This document shows, one piece after another, positions 30,162-39,244 of a stretch of DNA of 51,723 nucleotides. The notes beneath the pieces were generated by a model. That model did no database searches. It was not told where the DNA came from and worked only from the letters and a program-made list of their open reading frames with translations. A program made the translations under genes and the position numbers. Source of the DNA: Verrucomicrobiota bacterium (lineage in GTDB: Bacteria > Verrucomicrobiota > Verrucomicrobiia > Limisphaerales > UBA9464). The DNA lies in the NCBI GenBank assembly GCA_947454005.1, contig CANGMH010000002.1:1-51723 (forward strand), written 5' to 3'. Position 1 is the first letter of the stretch; each line of letters begins with the position of its first letter.

Positions 30162-31637
30162 TCAGCCCGCGGCTTCAGGGTCGAACGGCCACTTCGCCGT
30201 CACCTTGGCCCATCCGAGATAGCCGATGACGCCCAGCGCCATCGCGCCGATCGCGAAGCCGATCACCTTCGGCGGCGTGGTGGCGAACACCAGCAGCCAA
30301 CCTGCGCCGGCGACCAGCAGCGGCAACGGATAGAGCCAGACCTTGTACGGCCGAGCCAGCGCGGGAGCGTTCCGCCGCAAGAGCAGGAGCGCCACGATCT
30401 GCCCGACGAACTGGATCAGGATCCGCGCCGCGATGAGCGTGTCGATCACCACGCCGAGCGACACGAAGCTCGCGGCGATGGCGAGCCCGCCGAGAACGAG
30501 CAGCGAGACGTGCGGGAAGTGCTTGGTGGGATGCAGCCGGCCGAAGACGCGGAAGAACGTGCCGTCCTGTGCCGCTGCGTACGGGATGCGGGAATAGCCG
30601 AGCAACAGCGCGAACACCGATCCGAGAGCGGTCCACACGACCATCAGGGTGAAGACCCCGGCGGCGGTCTTCCCGTAGAGCCGCTCGACGAAGACCGACG
30701 CGATGAAGTTGGCGATCTCGGGATGCTGGTCGGCCGGCACGAACTCGCGCCACGACACCACGCCGTTGATGCCGAGGTTGATGCCGATATAGATGACCGC
30801 CACCACGGCGAGGCTGACGATGACCGACCGCGGGATGGTCCGGCCGGGATCCTTCACCTCGTCGCCCAGGTAGCAGACGTCGTAGTAGCCGAGGAAATCA
30901 TAGAGACCCACCCGGGCCGCCGCGCCGAGGCCGAGCAAGAATCCGGAAGAGAAGGCCCACGGGTTGGCCGGGAAGTCGAAGGCCTTTCGCGGGTCGAAGT
31001 TCATCGCACCGCCCACGAGCACCACCGCCACGGTGAGCATCACGCCGGTCCAGAGAACGACCATGAGTTTCCCGAGGCTGCCGATCGGTCGCCAGAGCAG
31101 TCCGATGTTCAGCAGCCCGAGACCGACCACGACCGCGCCGCCCTTCCAGGTCAGGCCGCCGCCCGTGGTCATCCCCGGCCACAGGTAGTCGAGGTACTGC
31201 GCGACGCCGATGTAGCCCGAGGCGATCTCCATCGGACCGCTGATGATGAACTGCCAGATGAAGAGGAACGCCATCAGACGGCCCCAGGTCCGCGGACCGA
31301 ACCCTTCGCGCAGCCACCGGTACGTGCCGCCGGATCCCGGAAGCGCGGCGCCCAGTTCGCTCCAGACGAGCGCGTCGGGCAAGGTGATGGCCAGCGCCAC
31401 GAGCCAACCGAGCAGCGACTGCGGTCCGCCGAGCGCGGACATGAGCAGCGGGATGGTGATGAACGGTCCCACGCCGATCATGTTGGCCATGTTCAGCGCG
31501 GTCGCCGGGAACAACGTGAGGCGGCGCTCCAGCGGTGCGGCTGCGGGCGGGATGGTTTTCGGGCGCACGTCGGCAGCGTGCCCGCACGGAACGGGGGGTT
31601 CGATCCAATTCCCGAAAGAGGCGGTGGGACAGGACAT
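30162..31637 (-). CDS. APC-family amino acid permease
   Basis: It has 12 predicted helices and the N-terminal LTLFPATALNMANMIGVGPFITIP signature. I chose the ATG at 31637-31635, 16 nt after the upstream stop, over the longer track start. Confidence 0.85.
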   Translation of the reverse strand: MSCPTASFGNWIEPPVPCGHAADVRPKTIPPAAAPLERRLTLFPATALNMANMIGVGPFITIPLLMSALGGPQSLLGWLVALAITLPDALVWSELGAALPGSGGTYRWLREGFGPRTWGRLMAFLFIWQFIISGPMEIASGYIGVAQYLDYLWPGMTTGGGLTWKGGAVVVGLGLLNIGLLWRPIGSLGKLMVVLWTGVMLTVAVVLVGGAMNFDPRKAFDFPANPWAFSSGFLLGLGAAARVGLYDFLGYYDVCYLGDEVKDPGRTIPRSVIVSLAVVAVIYIGINLGINGVVSWREFVPADQHPEIANFIASVFVERLYGKTAAGVFTLMVVWTALGSVFALLLGYSRIPYAAAQDGTFFRVFGRLHPTKHFPHVSLLVLGGLAIAASFVSLGVVIDTLIAARILIQFVGQIVALLLLRRNAPALARPYKVWLYPLPLLVAGAGWLLVFATTPPKVIGFAIGAMALGVIGYLGWAKVTAKWPFDPEAAG

Positions 31638-31653
31638 CCGGCGCCGGCGGACC

Positions 31654-32340
31654 TCAGGCCCGGCGCTTGCGCAGGCCGAGCGCGGCGAGAGCGCAGCCCA
31701 TTGCGGCGAACCCAACCGTCTCCACCGGCTCGGGGATGGAGGCGAAGTGGTCCGCGACGGTGCGGGCGACGACCCCGTAGCCCGCGGTGTTCATGTGCAG
31801 AAAGTCGCTTCGCAGCGAAGTCGGAGGGAGATCGACGTTGAAATCGAGGACGTCCGCGGGCGAGAACGGATCATACGCGTTCACCAAGACGTGCTGGATG
31901 TCGATGAAATGGTCCCGGTAGGTGGCTGCGAGATCGAGGTTGATCGTGGCGATCTGGTCGTGGAAGGGGCTGCCGAGGTGTTCGCCCTGGCCGTTGATCA
32001 ATCCGAGCACCAGGTAGTCGGTCGTTGTGAGATGGGAGACCATCGACGCGATGTCGCTCTCGACGGTGCCAGCGTCGAGGAAATTGTTCCTTCCCGCCCA
32101 GATGACGACGTGTTGCCCGAACAGGGCCGGCTCCGCGAGGAACCTGGCCGCGATCTGGGTGGAGGTCTCGCCGTTGATACCGCGGTTCAAGGTCGTGATG
32201 CCGGTCAGATCCTCGAGTTGCGCCGGATACGGATCCCCGCCGTAGCCGAAGGTCAAAGAGTCGCCCCAAGCCACGAAGATTTGGCCGAAGGTGATCAGTT
32301 GTGATGACAAGAGGCCTGTCAACAGGAGGGCGGTCTTCAT
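31654..32340 (-). CDS. SGNH/GDSL hydrolase with C-terminal PEP-CTERM sorting signal
   Basis: It has a signal peptide and the GDS block AWGDSLTFGYGG. The C-terminus is IPEPVETVGFAAMGCALAALGLRKRRA, i.e. PEP + TM helix + basic tail. Confidence 0.8.
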   Translation of the reverse strand: MKTALLLTGLLSSQLITFGQIFVAWGDSLTFGYGGDPYPAQLEDLTGITTLNRGINGETSTQIAARFLAEPALFGQHVVIWAGRNNFLDAGTVESDIASMVSHLTTTDYLVLGLINGQGEHLGSPFHDQIATINLDLAATYRDHFIDIQHVLVNAYDPFSPADVLDFNVDLPPTSLRSDFLHMNTAGYGVVARTVADHFASIPEPVETVGFAAMGCALAALGLRKRRA

Positions 32341-32559
32341 TGGATCTGTGCTGACGCGGGCAGGATAAGATCTTATGCATCGTCATCGAGGCAAGCTCCG
32401 ATGTGTGCTACCGGGTCTCATGAGGGTGATGGGGACACGCGATGCGATGATATCCGCGGCGGCGAGTTTTCCGCGGTCGGACCGGGCCCGCGCAGCCATC
32501 TTCGACGGCATGGAGGCCCGTTGCCGTCCCGCGGCGGGTGTCTGGCCTGTGCATCCGAT

Positions 32560-32943
32560 ATGAGGTCCTGTCTTCGGCCTCCCCTTCTGTTCGTGGCGGC
32601 TACCTGCCCGATGCTTGCCGGGGATTTTCCGGTCATCACGCTCGCGGAGCTGAGACAAGGCGTCGCCGAGAAGCGCGTCGCGCTCATCGATGTGAACGGA
32701 ACGCTCGGCTGGGACCAGGGCCACAGCCCGGGCGCCATCGGTTTCCTCAACGACCAGGAGCGCCTCGCCGAGAAACTGCCCGCGGACAAAGGCGCGCTCT
32801 TCGTCGCCTACTGTCTCGCCGAGGGCTGCTCCGCATATCGTGCCGGGGCCAAGGCAGCACGGCGGCTCGGGTACACCGATGTCCGGCATTTCCCGGGAGG
32901 GATCACCGCTTGGAAGGCGGCTGTCGAGCGCACCGAGAAGTGA
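32560..32943 (+). CDS. Rhodanese-like domain protein (secreted)
   Basis: ATG 32560 gives MRSCLRPPLLFVAATCPMLAG. The fold signature is ALIDVNGTLGWDQGHSPGAI ... FVAYCLAEGCSAYRAG ... GYTDVRHFPGGITAW. The active-site loop is atypical. Confidence 0.65.
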   Translation: MRSCLRPPLLFVAATCPMLAGDFPVITLAELRQGVAEKRVALIDVNGTLGWDQGHSPGAIGFLNDQERLAEKLPADKGALFVAYCLAEGCSAYRAGAKAARRLGYTDVRHFPGGITAWKAAVERTEK

Positions 32944-33042
32944 ACCCAAGGCACCGCCCGGCATCGGGTCAGATCGCCCGATCGCGGTCGATCTAGAGCA
33001 TCGGCGCCGCAGGGCGATGGTCGGGCACCCCGGACAACGCCC

Positions 33043-33732
33043 TCACCAGCACAGCACGGTCAGCTTTTTGGGCCCGTGCGCGCCGAGGACGAGGATGCGC
33101 TCGATGTCGCCGGTCCGGCTCGGTCCGGTGATGAAGGAGACCATGCTCGGATAGCCGGCGCCGTAGCTCTCCTGCACCCGGGCGAACGCCGCGGTCAGGT
33201 CGCGCACGAGCTGGTCGCGGGTGGCGATCACCACATGGTGCGGCGGCAGCACGCTCAGGGCGCGTCCGCCGGCGCTGCGGTTGGTGACGACCACCGTGCC
33301 CGTCTGCGCCACGAGGACGTCGCAGCCGGAGATGCCCACGTCGCAGGATTCGAGGGCATCCACGTCGTAGCCGTCGTCGGTATGGAGCACCGGCAAACCG
33401 AGCGAGGCCGCGGCCGCGGCCGGCAGGTCGGCCCGGTGCGCCGCAGCCGACTTCCAGCCTTCCGCGTCGCGGATCCGCGCCAGCTCGGCGAACGCTTCGT
33501 CACGGCTGCCGACGAACCGGAAATCCGTCTTCAGCTCGGCGGACGCGGCCCGGAAGCGCGCGACCTGTTCCTCGAAGGTGTCGCCGCCGGGAGGCATCCA
33601 GCCGCGGGCGACGTGGACCGGTCGGCCGTTGAACGAGGTGTGCGGGGCTTCGTGGCCGTGCGCGCCGGGATGCGGCGCCGGCACGGTCAAGGCCTCGCGG
33701 ATGCGGCCCAGGATCTTCTCGCGTCCGGTCAT
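33043..33732 (-). CDS. lutC: Lactate utilization protein C (LUD domain)
   Basis: 229 aa from ATG 33732, overlapping the lutB stop (ATGA). It starts MTGREKILGRIREAL and contains GISGCDVLVAQTGTVVV. The rest of track ORF 33043..34284 is a shadow. Confidence 0.8.
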   Translation of the reverse strand: MTGREKILGRIREALTVPAPHPGAHGHEAPHTSFNGRPVHVARGWMPPGGDTFEEQVARFRAASAELKTDFRFVGSRDEAFAELARIRDAEGWKSAAAHRADLPAAAAASLGLPVLHTDDGYDVDALESCDVGISGCDVLVAQTGTVVVTNRSAGGRALSVLPPHHVVIATRDQLVRDLTAAFARVQESYGAGYPSMVSFITGPSRTGDIERILVLGAHGPKKLTVLCW

Positions 33733-35123
33733 CGGCGTTCCTCCCACCATTCTTTGAAGCTCTGCTCCGGCATCGGCGGCAGATCGCGCGTCCCGGTCCA
33801 TGCGCGGGCCGGGTCGAGCGGTGTGTCGCGGATCAGCTTCTGCAACGGCTCGGTCAGGCGGCCCGCCTCTTTGGCGAAGCGGTAGAGCCCCGGCCGGTTG
33901 ATGACGAAGGCGAACAACCGATAGGCCAGCCGCTCGAAGAACGACGGCTCGCCGACCGCGGCGTTGCGGCGGTTCCGCAGAAGATGGTGGTGCAGGTCGA
34001 TCTTCACCGGGCACGCCTCGGTGCACGCGCCGCAGAGCGACGACGAGCCGGAGAGATGCTTCCAATCCTGCAGACCGCGCAGGTGCGGCGTGATCACGCT
34101 GCCGACCGGGCCGCTGTAGGTCGTGCCGTAGGTGTGGCCGCCGACGTTCTTGAAGATGGGGCAGACGTTGAGGCACGCGCCGCAGCGGATGCAGTGGAGG
34201 GCGTCGCGCTGTTCCGGATCGGCGAGCAGCTCGGTGCGCCGGTTGTCGAGCAGCACCACGTGGTATTCCTCCGGACCGTCGCATTCACCCGGCTGGCGCG
34301 GGCCGCCGTACATCGTGTTGTAGCCGGTGATGGTCTGGCCGGCACCGGCGGTCGCGAGCATCGGCAGGAAGAGCGCGAGGTCCTCCAGCTTGGGCAGCAC
34401 CTTCTCGATGCCGACGAGCGTGATCATCGTCTTCGGCAGCGCGGCGGTGAGGCGGGCGTTCCCCTCGTTCTCCGTGATGGAGATCATGCCCGTCTCGGCG
34501 ATGGCGAAGTTCGCGCCGGTGATGCCCACGTCGGCCGTGATGTATTTCCGGCGGAGCGCGCGGCGGGCGATCATCGTCAGCTCCTCCGGCTCACGGGTGG
34601 ACGCGCTGCCGAGCTCCTTCTGGAACAGCTCGTTGATGTCGTCGCGCGTGAGGTGCATCGCCGGGAAGACGATGTGGTAGGGCGGCTCGTGGCGGAGCTG
34701 GACGATGAACTCGCCGAGGTCCGATTCGACAACCTCGTAGCCGGCCTTCTCCATCGCGTCGTTGAGATGGATCTCCTCGGCGGTCATCGCCTTGGACTTG
34801 ATGATGGAGCGGGCGCCCTTGGACTTGATGATGCCGAGGATGATCTCGCGGGCCTCGGCGGCGTTGCCCGCCCAATGGACCCGGGTGCCGCGCGCCTCCA
34901 TCTTGTCGGCGAACTCGGCGAGATAGGTGTCGAGGTGGTTGATGGCGTCCCACTTTGTCTCCGCGGCGGCCTGGCGGGCCGACTGCCAGTCGTTGAAGGC
35001 GGCCTTCTTCCGGTCGCGCGCGGTCTCGTATTTGCGCAGCGCGGTCTGGATGAGCCCGCGATGGCGCAGGTCGCGCGTGACGACGCGGGCCTGGGCCAAG
35101 AATTCTTGGACGTGGGTGGTCAT
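33729..35123 (-). CDS. lutB: Lactate utilization protein B (4Fe-4S, LUD domain)
   Basis: 464 aa from ATG 35123, overlapping the lutA stop. It has two ferredoxin-type motifs, CIRCGACLNVCP and CGACTEACP. Confidence 0.88.
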   Translation of the reverse strand: MTTHVQEFLAQARVVTRDLRHRGLIQTALRKYETARDRKKAAFNDWQSARQAAAETKWDAINHLDTYLAEFADKMEARGTRVHWAGNAAEAREIILGIIKSKGARSIIKSKAMTAEEIHLNDAMEKAGYEVVESDLGEFIVQLRHEPPYHIVFPAMHLTRDDINELFQKELGSASTREPEELTMIARRALRRKYITADVGITGANFAIAETGMISITENEGNARLTAALPKTMITLVGIEKVLPKLEDLALFLPMLATAGAGQTITGYNTMYGGPRQPGECDGPEEYHVVLLDNRRTELLADPEQRDALHCIRCGACLNVCPIFKNVGGHTYGTTYSGPVGSVITPHLRGLQDWKHLSGSSSLCGACTEACPVKIDLHHHLLRNRRNAAVGEPSFFERLAYRLFAFVINRPGLYRFAKEAGRLTEPLQKLIRDTPLDPARAWTGTRDLPPMPEQSFKEWWEERR

Positions 35124-35836
35124 CGCTGCGCGAGGATCTCGGCCAGATGGATGGTCTTGATCGGGCTGCCTTGGCGGCTGAGCAGGCCTTGCACGTGCAT
35201 GAGGCAGCTCGAATCGTTCGAGACGATGTAGTCCGCGCCGGTCTCGGCAGCGCCGGCGCACTTCACCTCGCCCATCGCGGTGGAGATCATCGGGAACTTC
35301 GCGGAGAACGTCCCGCCGAAGCCGCAGCAGGTCTCGGCGTCGGCCATCTCGACGAGCTCGAGGCCCTGCACCTTCTCCAGCAGCCGGCGCGGCGCGGTCT
35401 TGATGCCCAATTCGCGCAGGCCGTGGCAGCCGTCGTGGAAGGTCACCTTGGCCGGGAACCGCGCGCCGAGATCGGTCACGCCGAGCTTGTCGGCGAGGAA
35501 GCTCGAGAACTCCCAGACCTTCGGCGAGAGCGCCTTGGCAGCCTCCGCCTGCGGCGTCTCCGCGAAGAGCTGCGGATAAAAGACCTTCAGCATCGCGCCG
35601 CAGGAGCCCGACGCGATCACCACCACCTCGGCGTCCTGCAACCGGCGCAGGACGGGCGCGGCGACCTCGCGCGCCTCGGGCCAATACCCGGAGTTGAAGG
35701 CGGGCTGGCCGCAGCAGGCGATCTCCTCGGGGCACACGACGCGGTGGCCGAGGCGTTCGAGGATCCGGACCATGCTGATGCCGACGCCCGGATAGAGCGA
35801 ATCGACGAAGCACGGGATGAACAGGGTGACGGTCAT
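35120..35836 (-). CDS. lutA: Lactate utilization protein A (CCG-domain Fe-S oxidoreductase)
   Basis: 238 aa starting MTVTLFIPCFVDSLYPGVGISMVRILERLGHRV, with CCGQP and CCGFGG motifs. Confidence 0.88.
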   Translation of the reverse strand: MTVTLFIPCFVDSLYPGVGISMVRILERLGHRVVCPEEIACCGQPAFNSGYWPEAREVAAPVLRRLQDAEVVVIASGSCGAMLKVFYPQLFAETPQAEAAKALSPKVWEFSSFLADKLGVTDLGARFPAKVTFHDGCHGLRELGIKTAPRRLLEKVQGLELVEMADAETCCGFGGTFSAKFPMISTAMGEVKCAGAAETGADYIVSNDSSCLMHVQGLLSRQGSPIKTIHLAEILAQR

Positions 35837-35842
35837 GTGCGG

Positions 35843-36163
35843 TTACGCGCGGCCAATGTGGAACACCTCGGGCAGCTCGCGCGAGACCGGACTGTCGTCG
35901 TCGTTCACGGGCATGAGCTCGCGCATGTGGGCCCACCAGCGCCGGCAGACCTCCGTCGTGGCGACGGCGGTCCACTGCGTCTCGTCCTCGAACTCCACGT
36001 AGGCGAAGAGCTGCCGCGTCTCCGATTGGAAGAAAATCGAGTAGGTCGCGACGCCGTGCGCGAGGAGCACGGCCTCCAGTTCGGGCCAGATGGGCTGGTG
36101 ACGTCGGATGTATTCCGCCTCGTGCCCCGGATGCACGGACATGACCAAGGCTTTGCGGATCAT
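35843..36163 (-). CDS. rhaM: L-rhamnose mutarotase
   Basis: 106 aa from ATG 36163. MIRKALVMSVHPGHEAEYIRRHQPIWPELEAVLLAHGV is collinear with E. coli RhaM/YiiL (MIRKAFVMQV..RRHNPIWPELEAVL), from memory. Confidence 0.85.
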   Translation of the reverse strand: MIRKALVMSVHPGHEAEYIRRHQPIWPELEAVLLAHGVATYSIFFQSETRQLFAYVEFEDETQWTAVATTEVCRRWWAHMRELMPVNDDDSPVSRELPEVFHIGRA

Positions 36164-37062
36164 GGCGTGAGGCCGGCCGCCGCCCGCTCCGATCGGAGCC
36201 GCGAGAACAGACCGCGCAGCGCATCGGTCTTCCCGATGGCCAGATAGACGTCGTAGGTGAAGACCTTGCCGGGCGTGACCGCGAAGCGCGTCAGCGGCGC
36301 GAGATAGGAGCACGCGCCATGGTCGGCCCGGCCGTCGCCGAAGCGGTAGCACGTCAGCCGGGTCGCCTCGGGCACGTACGCGCCCAGGCCGAAATCCGTC
36401 CCGTCCACGTAGGCGGCCCAGTGCTCGGTCATGGTGCGGGCCTCGTTCGGCCAGCCGGGCTTGGACCGGTTCAGCGCACCGCCGGTCCACGGCTTGTCGC
36501 CGTCGTAGAGCACGAGCGTCTCGAGGTCCGGCGCCACGAAGATGGCCGGGATCTCATGGTCGCTGACCGGGTGCGTCCCGGTCCCGCTGTGGGTCATCCG
36601 GAAGCGGACATGCGCCACCGTGCCGGTGAGGGTGATCCACTGTTCGAAGACGACGTTGGTCAGCTCGACCCCGGAGGCCCAGTGCCGGGCCCGGCTGCGC
36701 GAATAGAGCGTGTCCCGGGTGTTCCGCAGTTCCAGGACGGTCGCTGGCTTGCCCTTCCAGTCGCCGCCTTGCACCGGGTTCCAGGTCCACGGCTGCTTGT
36801 CCCACAGCGAGCCGTCCTTCTCCCCGTAATAGGACTGCTGGACGAGCCGGCCCCGGTCCCAATGGTTGATCAGGTTCCGCTCCGAGCCGCTCATCGAGAA
36901 CCACGCGATACCCGCGCCCGAGGATCTTTTGACGCCGAGCCGGACCTGCCCGTTGTCGAGGAACAGATAGTCGGCGGCGTCCTTCAGGCCGGCCGTGTCG
37001 GCAGCAGCGCCGAGCGCGGACGCAATCAGCATCCAGATGCAGGAGAGGAGTCGCACGGACAT
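36160..37062 (-). CDS. Uncharacterised secreted ~300-aa protein embedded in the rhamnose operon
   Basis: ATG 37062-37060 precedes the signal peptide MSVRLLSCIWMLIASALGAAAD. Its stop overlaps the rhaM ATG (ATGA). I recognise no family. The upstream two-thirds of track ORF 36160..38295 is out of frame with rhaS and is a shadow. Confidence 0.6.
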   Translation of the reverse strand: MSVRLLSCIWMLIASALGAAADTAGLKDAADYLFLDNGQVRLGVKRSSGAGIAWFSMSGSERNLINHWDRGRLVQQSYYGEKDGSLWDKQPWTWNPVQGGDWKGKPATVLELRNTRDTLYSRSRARHWASGVELTNVVFEQWITLTGTVAHVRFRMTHSGTGTHPVSDHEIPAIFVAPDLETLVLYDGDKPWTGGALNRSKPGWPNEARTMTEHWAAYVDGTDFGLGAYVPEATRLTCYRFGDGRADHGACSYLAPLTRFAVTPGKVFTYDVYLAIGKTDALRGLFSRLRSERAAAGLTP

Positions 37063-37118
37063 GTTCGCGCAGAGAGGCGGGGGGCGCGGTCGGAGATCCG
37101 CGGGAGCGACCGGCGCGC

Positions 37119-38156
37119 TCAGAAATCGAACTGGTCGATGTTCTCTTTCGTGAACTTGAACGGTTCGCCGAGCAGGATGTTGTCGCCGACGATCCGGAAC
37201 TCCCCGAGCTTGCCGCCCTTGAATGAGGTCGCGCCGGCCTTCAGTTCGCCCTTCGCCAGAGCCGCGGCAGCCTGGACGGTCAGGTAGCCGAGGTCCACCG
37301 TCTTCCAGAGGATGACCGTGTCGGTCGTGCCGTCCTTCAGGTAGCGCCGGTTCTCGTTGGGCAGCCCGAGGCCGATGACCTTCACCTTGCCGGCCTTGCC
37401 GGCCTGCTTGACGGCTTCGGCCGCGCCGGGGACGGCGGGGGAGCAGATGTTCATCAGCAGCTTCAGGTCGGGATAGGCGCCGAGCAGCGTCGTCGCCTCG
37501 GCCTGCGCCTTGTCCTTGAGGTCGTCGCACGGGCGGAGCGCCACCATCTTCATGCCGGGATGCTTCGCCATGCGGCGCGCCTCGATGTACTTCTGCCACT
37601 CGATCATGTTCTGCGCTGTGAGCGAGGCGGTGATGATGGCGAACTCGCCGGTGCCGCCGCAGAGCCGCGCGGCTTCGTCCATCAGCGCGTTGCCGATGCC
37701 CTCGGGCGTGGCCTGGTTGACGAAGAAATCGCGGGCCGCGGGCTCCGCGTCGGAATCGAAGGTGACGACCTTGATGCCTTTGTCCTTCGCCCGCTTCAGC
37801 GCCGTGGAGATGCCGTCCTTGTTCTCGCAGGCGACGGCGATGACATCCACGCCGAGCGTGATCCAGTTCTCGATGATCTCGTTCTGCTTGGCCGGATCGG
37901 GGCTGACCGGGCCGTCGAAGATCAGTTCCGCGCCGAGATCCTTGGCCGCCTGGTCGGCGCCTTGTTTGCACGAGACGAAGTAGCCGTTGCCCTTCGATTT
38001 CGGCATGAACGCGATGGTCAGGCGTTTGCCGGCCGGGGTTCCGCCCGACGGCGAGGCGCCGGTGTCGGGCCCGGACTTGGAGCAGCCCGTCAGCAGGACG
38101 AACCCGAGGCAAAGGAAGAGCGCGAAGGAACGGAACATAGGCGTGTGCCCGTTCAT
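37119..38156 (-). CDS. rhaS: Sugar (probably L-rhamnose) ABC transporter substrate-binding lipoprotein
   Basis: The lipobox is LLTGCS. It is a periplasmic-binding-protein type I fold (TIAFMPKSKGNGYFVSCKQGADQAAKDLG..). Rhamnose specificity is inferred from operon context with rhaM. Confidence 0.75.
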   Translation of the reverse strand: MNGHTPMFRSFALFLCLGFVLLTGCSKSGPDTGASPSGGTPAGKRLTIAFMPKSKGNGYFVSCKQGADQAAKDLGAELIFDGPVSPDPAKQNEIIENWITLGVDVIAVACENKDGISTALKRAKDKGIKVVTFDSDAEPAARDFFVNQATPEGIGNALMDEAARLCGGTGEFAIITASLTAQNMIEWQKYIEARRMAKHPGMKMVALRPCDDLKDKAQAEATTLLGAYPDLKLLMNICSPAVPGAAEAVKQAGKAGKVKVIGLGLPNENRRYLKDGTTDTVILWKTVDLGYLTVQAAAALAKGELKAGATSFKGGKLGEFRIVGDNILLGEPFKFTKENIDQFDF

Positions 38157-38254
38157 CTATCCGAGTCGGGACGGCGAGCGAAGCGCAAACCTTCGTCGAT
38201 GGCCCGTCTTCCGGCATCGGACCCGATCTCTCACGGCGGGACCTGCGCCCGTGC

Positions 38255-39238
38255 CTAGCGCGGACGTCGCTCGGCGAACCACTTCGGCACCGCACCGCCC
38301 GCGAGGGCGAGCACGAGCAGCATGCCGGTCAGCAACCCGGACAGCTCGCCCGCGTTGCTCATCGTCGCGGGGACGCGGGAGAGCCCGTTGCCGAGCACGG
38401 CGATGGCGGCGACGCCGAGCAGCGTCCCGTGCACGGAGCCGACGCCGCCGAAGATGCTGGTGCCGCCGAGCACGACCGCGGTGATGGCGGCCAGTTCGTA
38501 GCCCGTCCCCGCATCGGCCTTGGCGGTGCCGAAGCGCGCGGTGTAGGTGATCGCCGCCAGCGCCGCCACGATGCCCGCGAGAACGTGGGCGAAGGCCAGC
38601 CGGCGTCCGACCGGCAGACCGGCGTATCGCGCTCCTTCCGGCGCGAACCCGATGGCCCGCCACGATCGTCCGAAAGTCGTCCGGTGCACCAGCAGCCACA
38701 TCGCCGCCGCGACGAGCGCGAAGATCCATGCCTGCGCCGGGATCCCCGCGACACGTCCGGTGCCCAAGAAGAGGAACGAGGGCGGGAAGCGGGTGAACGC
38801 GTCCGTGCCGCGGGTGATCGCCTCGGCGAGTCCGCGGAACAACGAATAGGTCCCGAGCGTCACGATGAGCGGCGGCAACCGGAGCGCGGTGATGAGCAGG
38901 GCGTTCGTTCCGCCGGCCGCCGCACCGATCCCGAGCGTGGCCACCGCGGCGACCTCCCAGGGCAGACCTCCGTCGCGCCACAATTTGCCGAACAACACCG
39001 CGCACAGCCCGAGCGTGGATCCGACCGAGAGATCGATCCCGCCGGCGAGCACGACCGGCATCATCACCAGCGCGAGCAACCCGATCTCCACCGAGTGGCG
39101 CACGATGTTCGCGATGTTGTCCGCCGTGCCGAAGTTGCGGCCGGCGACCCCGAAGAAGACGAGTTCCACCACGAGCACGGCCAACAGCACGGTCTCGTGC
39201 CGCAGCAGCATCCGGGTCTTGGGAGGAAGGGTCTTCAC
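38255..39238 (-). CDS. Sugar ABC transporter permease (RhaQ-like)
   Basis: 327 aa, a polytopic protein of the ribose/rhamnose-type permease family. The start is a GTG at 39238, 6 nt after the upstream stop. An alternative ATG lies at 39211. Confidence 0.85.
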   Translation of the reverse strand: MKTLPPKTRMLLRHETVLLAVLVVELVFFGVAGRNFGTADNIANIVRHSVEIGLLALVMMPVVLAGGIDLSVGSTLGLCAVLFGKLWRDGGLPWEVAAVATLGIGAAAGGTNALLITALRLPPLIVTLGTYSLFRGLAEAITRGTDAFTRFPPSFLFLGTGRVAGIPAQAWIFALVAAAMWLLVHRTTFGRSWRAIGFAPEGARYAGLPVGRRLAFAHVLAGIVAALAAITYTARFGTAKADAGTGYELAAITAVVLGGTSIFGGVGSVHGTLLGVAAIAVLGNGLSRVPATMSNAGELSGLLTGMLLVLALAGGAVPKWFAERRPR

Positions 39239-39244
39239 AGGTTC

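Noticed and set aside
36160-38295. Track ORF of 711 aa read as one gene
   Set aside because: Only the last 300 codons, from ATG 37062, look like a protein, with a signal peptide and balanced composition. The upstream part overlaps the well-supported binding-protein gene (37119..38156) in another frame.
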